Positions 52,439 to 64,000 of a DNA stretch of 64,000 nucleotides are shown one piece after another. Positions within the stretch are counted from its first letter, which is position 1; every line of letters starts with the position of its first letter. The translations under genes were made by a program, and so were the position numbers. This DNA is from Macrostomum lignano (taxonomy: Eukaryota): NCBI GenBank assembly GCA_002269645.1, contig NIVC01001014.1, forward strand, positions 1 to 64,000, given 5' to 3'. Below the pieces are notes generated by a model. It saw nothing but the letters and a program-made list of their open reading frames with translations. It ran no database searches and was not told the DNA's origin.

Positions 52439-52986
52439 TTAATTCGAAGCTTCTGATTGGTCCGAACGACAGATACCGGCCGGAAACGACTTCGTTGGAA
52501 GTAAAGAGGAACCTGGACCAGGACAACTAAATATGGACATCTAGACTGATTGAGACCGAGAACTACGCAAAGGAAGAGCTCTTCCAAATCAGGACTCAAG
52601 GTAATAGATACCTTCATTTGATTACTGGGTTGCCTAGCAGTAGCTAGAAGTGATTGTTCCTTGATTACTAAGAAGTTCTTGGTAGTAAGGAACACATCAC
52701 TACCAACTGCGAGCGCGATATCACAATATCACTTCTAAGTTCTAACCCCATGCAATACTACAGTGTATGTGTACATTTATATTACAACGATCAAAGTTTC
52801 CTATAGACAAAATTAAAATGAGTTATAGCTTTATGCATATTGTATGGCCGTTCATTTAAAATACCCCATGCAAGCTTGCATTTTGGTACGTCGATCATGT
52901 ATAATGCTTTTAGACGCGAGGAGATCAGCAGAGCAGCTCGACGGTATGGAGACATCTGAGAGATCTGATTCTCGGCGGGACCCCTG

Positions 52987-53516
52987 GGGGGTCTTTCTCG
53001 AAAGCAACTTACGATCGACCATAGACGTAAGTTGGGTAAGCTACACTTACGGGTTGCTCGAAGGGCTCGCAAGTACTCTAGCTATGCGTAAGATTGATCG
53101 CAACTTTACGAGTTCGTAACTTTGCGCAAAAGACTGTTTCTCGAAACGTTCGTATGTCTATGGTCTTTCGTAAGGTTGATCTTAACCCTACGACTGCTCG
53201 GTATCAGTCGTAAGACGCACTTAAGCACTAATCGCATAGTACGTGAAGCTTTAGTCAAGCCAAGTCAAGTTAAACTTTATCGAAGGTGGGTCTTTCTCGA
53301 AAGCAACTTACGATAGACAAAGTAAAGATATTTACAGATTTATGACCATAGACATGCAACTTTTCGTTTCAGATACGACTTACGAACAGCGTAAGCCACG
53401 CAAAGTCTGAGTGAGTTTTGAGAAAGCGTCTTACGAGCAAACTTACGCTACACGTAAATTTCTTTCTTACGATCTAACTTACCATAGAACTTACGTGAGT
53501 TTCGAGAGACACCCCC
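52987..53516. mobile_element. PIF/Harbinger-type MITE
   Basis: Imperfect TIR GGGGGTCTTTCTCGAAA versus the reverse complement of TTTCGAGAGACACCCCC, 3-bp TSD CTG, internal cttacg repeats. Confidence 0.6.
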
Positions 53517-53749
53517 CTGATGGTTTGATTCCGTGCACGGCCGTCATTATTACATGTATTATACCTTGGAGCTTGTGCACGAAAACTGGCCGGTGGGTTG
53601 TCGTCGGGGTGATCTCACCGAAGGCGTTCACAGCAGGGTTCCTACAACGCTATAGCTCCTGCAACTAACTACATGTAAAAAAGTGTAGCATCCATAGAAG
53701 GAAAAAACTTTCGCTATTGTACATGCAGTTAAACGAGTTGGTCTCCTCT

Positions 53750-54211
53750 AGTATTGCTTTTGTCAGCCTAACTGAGAATAAAGCCATCCAAAGTGAGAAT
53801 CCTGCCTACGCTGACTGCGAAGGGCCTGGCTGCGTGCAGCCTTAGTCTATGGGCCATAGACAATAAAGGACAAGCAAAGTGATAAAAAGCCATCCAATGT
53901 GAGAATCGATTGGTCTATGCGTCGTATTATTTTATTTTTATACCTTCTGAGCTTCTGAGCCATATGACTAGCCAATCCTAGCTTATCCTTTATAGCCTAT
54001 GGCTCATAGACTAGGCTGGACGCAGCTAGGCCCTTCGTATTCAGCGTAGGCAGGATTCTCACTTTGGATGGCTTTTTATCACTTTGCTTGTCCTTTATTG
54101 TCTATGGCCCATGGACTAAGGCTGCACGCAGCCAGGCCCTTCGCAGTCAGCGTAGGCAGGATTCTCACTTTGGATGGCTTTATTCTCAGTTAGGCTGACA
54201 AAACCAATACT
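53750..54211. repeat. Foldback element, ~158-bp near-perfect inverted arms
   Basis: 53750-53907 is the reverse complement of 54054-54211. Confidence 0.85.
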
Positions 54212-54461
54212 GTACATGTAGTCAAATACAGCCTAATTTTAGAGCAATAAATTAAGAATTTGACAAATCAACTACAATTAACGTCAGACTTAAGAAGTAT
54301 ATTAAGCTGGGGTAAAGATAGCTTCCACGTAAGGTTGAATAAAAAAACGCTCATATTTGTACCCGCTTTTTAGTTGTTAAACAGGATTAACTTCTAAAAA
54401 TTGATAAACGAGTATATGCATGTACTACGCTTATAGTCATGCTCTGTGAACCACGAGAATA

Positions 54462-61759
<7,298 letters not shown>

Positions 61760-63814
61760 CTGGATACAGGATACGTAGCGGTGTGAATCAGTGATGACGT
61801 ACCAAGCACTTGCTTGTGTAACAGGACGTAAATCGCAAATATAGTGTATGTTTAGGAGGCCAATTTCTGGAAAAATGCACTTTCCGACTTCATTACATTT
61901 GATCTGGGGCAGTGAATATATATATATATATACATTACCATTCTTTTAATTTAGCATGCCCTGAAAGTTACTCTGTTGTACTGTATTTTGCTGTGCAGTG
62001 ATCATTTTATATTGTTTTCTTAATTTGTATCTAGATAATTCGTAAGCCTGAATTTGTATGCGCTGAGTATGCATGTATGTCTCAATCAATAATGGCTTAA
62101 GAGTAACTGCATGCAACATTTTTATTGCAAATATACTTGATTCTTGTATTTTTACAACTTTGGGCTTATGAAATAAAAGTACATGTACTATGATAATGAA
62201 ACTCTACACAGCTATATAACAGAGTAACATGCTGTGCATGCTAACTTAAAAGAATGGTAAGCTGCACTGCCCCAGTCATTGATTTTGTGATTGATGTAAA
62301 ATGATTTTTCCTATCTCCGCAGTGTATTTTTCTAGGAAATCGGCCTTCAAAAAAATTACACGATCTTTGAGTGTAGCGTCGTGACATATGTGCTAGTGGT
62401 CCTTGGCACGTTTTTAAGAGCAGACTGCCACTCGTATCAAATCCTGACTGTTGGCAATTCGAATTAATTAACTATTCTGCTGGTTTAACAATTTCCCATT
62501 GGCGCCAGTGTATTTCAATACACCCTTGTGCGCCAATCAGCACCTTGCGTTTCAGTGCTGCCTTGTCAAGCCTCTGGACCTGGAAGCTTTTGGACCTTCA
62601 ACAGGTGGCACCAGGGTGACACAAGGGGATAGAGGTCCTTCAACGGGTGACACAAGAGGCAACCAATCGAGCTTAGTGCCTAACTTACATATTATTTATG
62701 AAGCATCAAATTCATATAAGAAAGTAACAAAGAAGAAATTAAAGAAGATTTGTCGTCTGTATAAAAGTTGAAATGAAATATTAATAAAATACGCGTTTGC
62801 AACGACTGTGCAATTGTTGTGAGCCGGACAGAGAAAAGTAACAATTTAATTAAAATTTATTTAAGTAACACAACGAGATTTTCAGCCAGCAGTGACAGAA
62901 CAAGTTTTAAATTTATTATTATGTTATTATTTAACAGTTAATTAATTTATTACTATGGCAGAATTTTGATAGAAAATTGATAGTATCGCCTTACAACATA
63001 AAGTTGTATTAATATACTATAAAATAAAGTTATAAACTTTACTTATTTGCATTTCAGTTGACATAATAATAAGAATTGACTGGCTGACTATGACACAATA
63101 TTAATCAATAGCCTGATAAATAGAGACACACAACAGCGATATTTCAAACGGATATACGTCGCTACGGTATAAAGAAAAAGCAGCGCCTAGATACTTAAGA
63201 ACTACTAATAGTAGATACACCAACTACTGAATAAAAGTAACAGTTTTTTGCAATATTTTGTCAATATTAAAAAAACACAGTCAGTTTTGATTTATTTGCA
63301 TTCGGTGCGGTTCAAATAATAAGCATTACGGCTACATTTTATTACTATTATATTTATATAAAGCAAAAAAATAAATATACAATAGTTACTGAAGTCAAAT
63401 TATTTATTTATTGCTTGGAAAAAAGGCATTGGTCTATTATTTGAGTGTGTGTGACAGGAAAGAAATGCACAATACGATTAATATGAATATGCATTAACCT
63501 TTTCGTTTTAGTTTTAACAGTACATGCAAATTCACAAACAAAGAACACAAGACAGATTACTTAGTTGTAAGTAGTACAGTTGGAATTGCTGTCAAGAATA
63601 ATTACAAGACAAAATTTAAATTATTAGCCAACGAAATGGACGAGGGAAGGAACAAAATTTTAACAAAATTACATAAAGATAATTATTCAATTAACTGCTT
63701 GAATTCCATTTGCGAAAGTAAAATGGGCTGCACATGTCGCCACACTTCTGATAATTAATTACCAACTTTATACTAAACTTGGTTTATGATTTCTATTATA
63801 ACTGGAATGTACAT

Positions 63815-64000
63815 AAACTCTACCCCCCATATCTTAGAACTGGAACCAATGTACATTGCCTCTCTATCCCCATATCTTAGAACTGGAACCAATGTACATT
63901 GCCTCTCTATCCCCATATCTTAGAACTGGAACCAATGTACATTGCCTCTCTATCCCCATATCTTAGAACTGGAACCAATGTACATTGCCTCTCTATCCCC
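63815..64000. repeat. 43-bp minisatellite running off the window end
   Basis: Unit ggaaccaatgtacattgcctctctatccccatatcttagaact. Confidence 0.93.

Overview
Eukaryotic (metazoan) genomic DNA with spliceosomal introns. Almost every intron is filled by its own micro- or minisatellite, so most long ORFs in the supplied track are repeat artefacts. Repeat style, Ala/Gln-rich proteins and a 19/20 match to the Macrostomum lignano spliced leader (recalled from memory) suggest a macrostomid flatworm; this is inference. Genes rebuilt by hand from GT-AG sites with phase checks: (+) a RIM-binding-protein-like gene (SH3, 3xFN3, SH3, SH3; ~941-15023) carrying an unusual 579-codon repeat cassette exon and a possible alternative tail; three small WSC-domain genes or pseudogenes (17.5-25.6 kb), two directly behind a solo-LTR-like sequence; and four co-directional (-) strand genes: cut/CUX-like with one CUT domain and a decayed homeodomain, DNAJA1 (HSE-linked 5' exon 7.5 kb upstream), a USF-like bHLH-Zip, and cytoplasmic aspartyl-tRNA synthetase. 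Several MITE- and Helitron-like elements are present. Top leads: a spliced-leader-complementary 20-mer just upstream of the DNAJA1 start-exon acceptor, the RIMBP repeat cassette with its frameshift/splice switch, and LTR-fused WSC genes. No database searches or computations were run.
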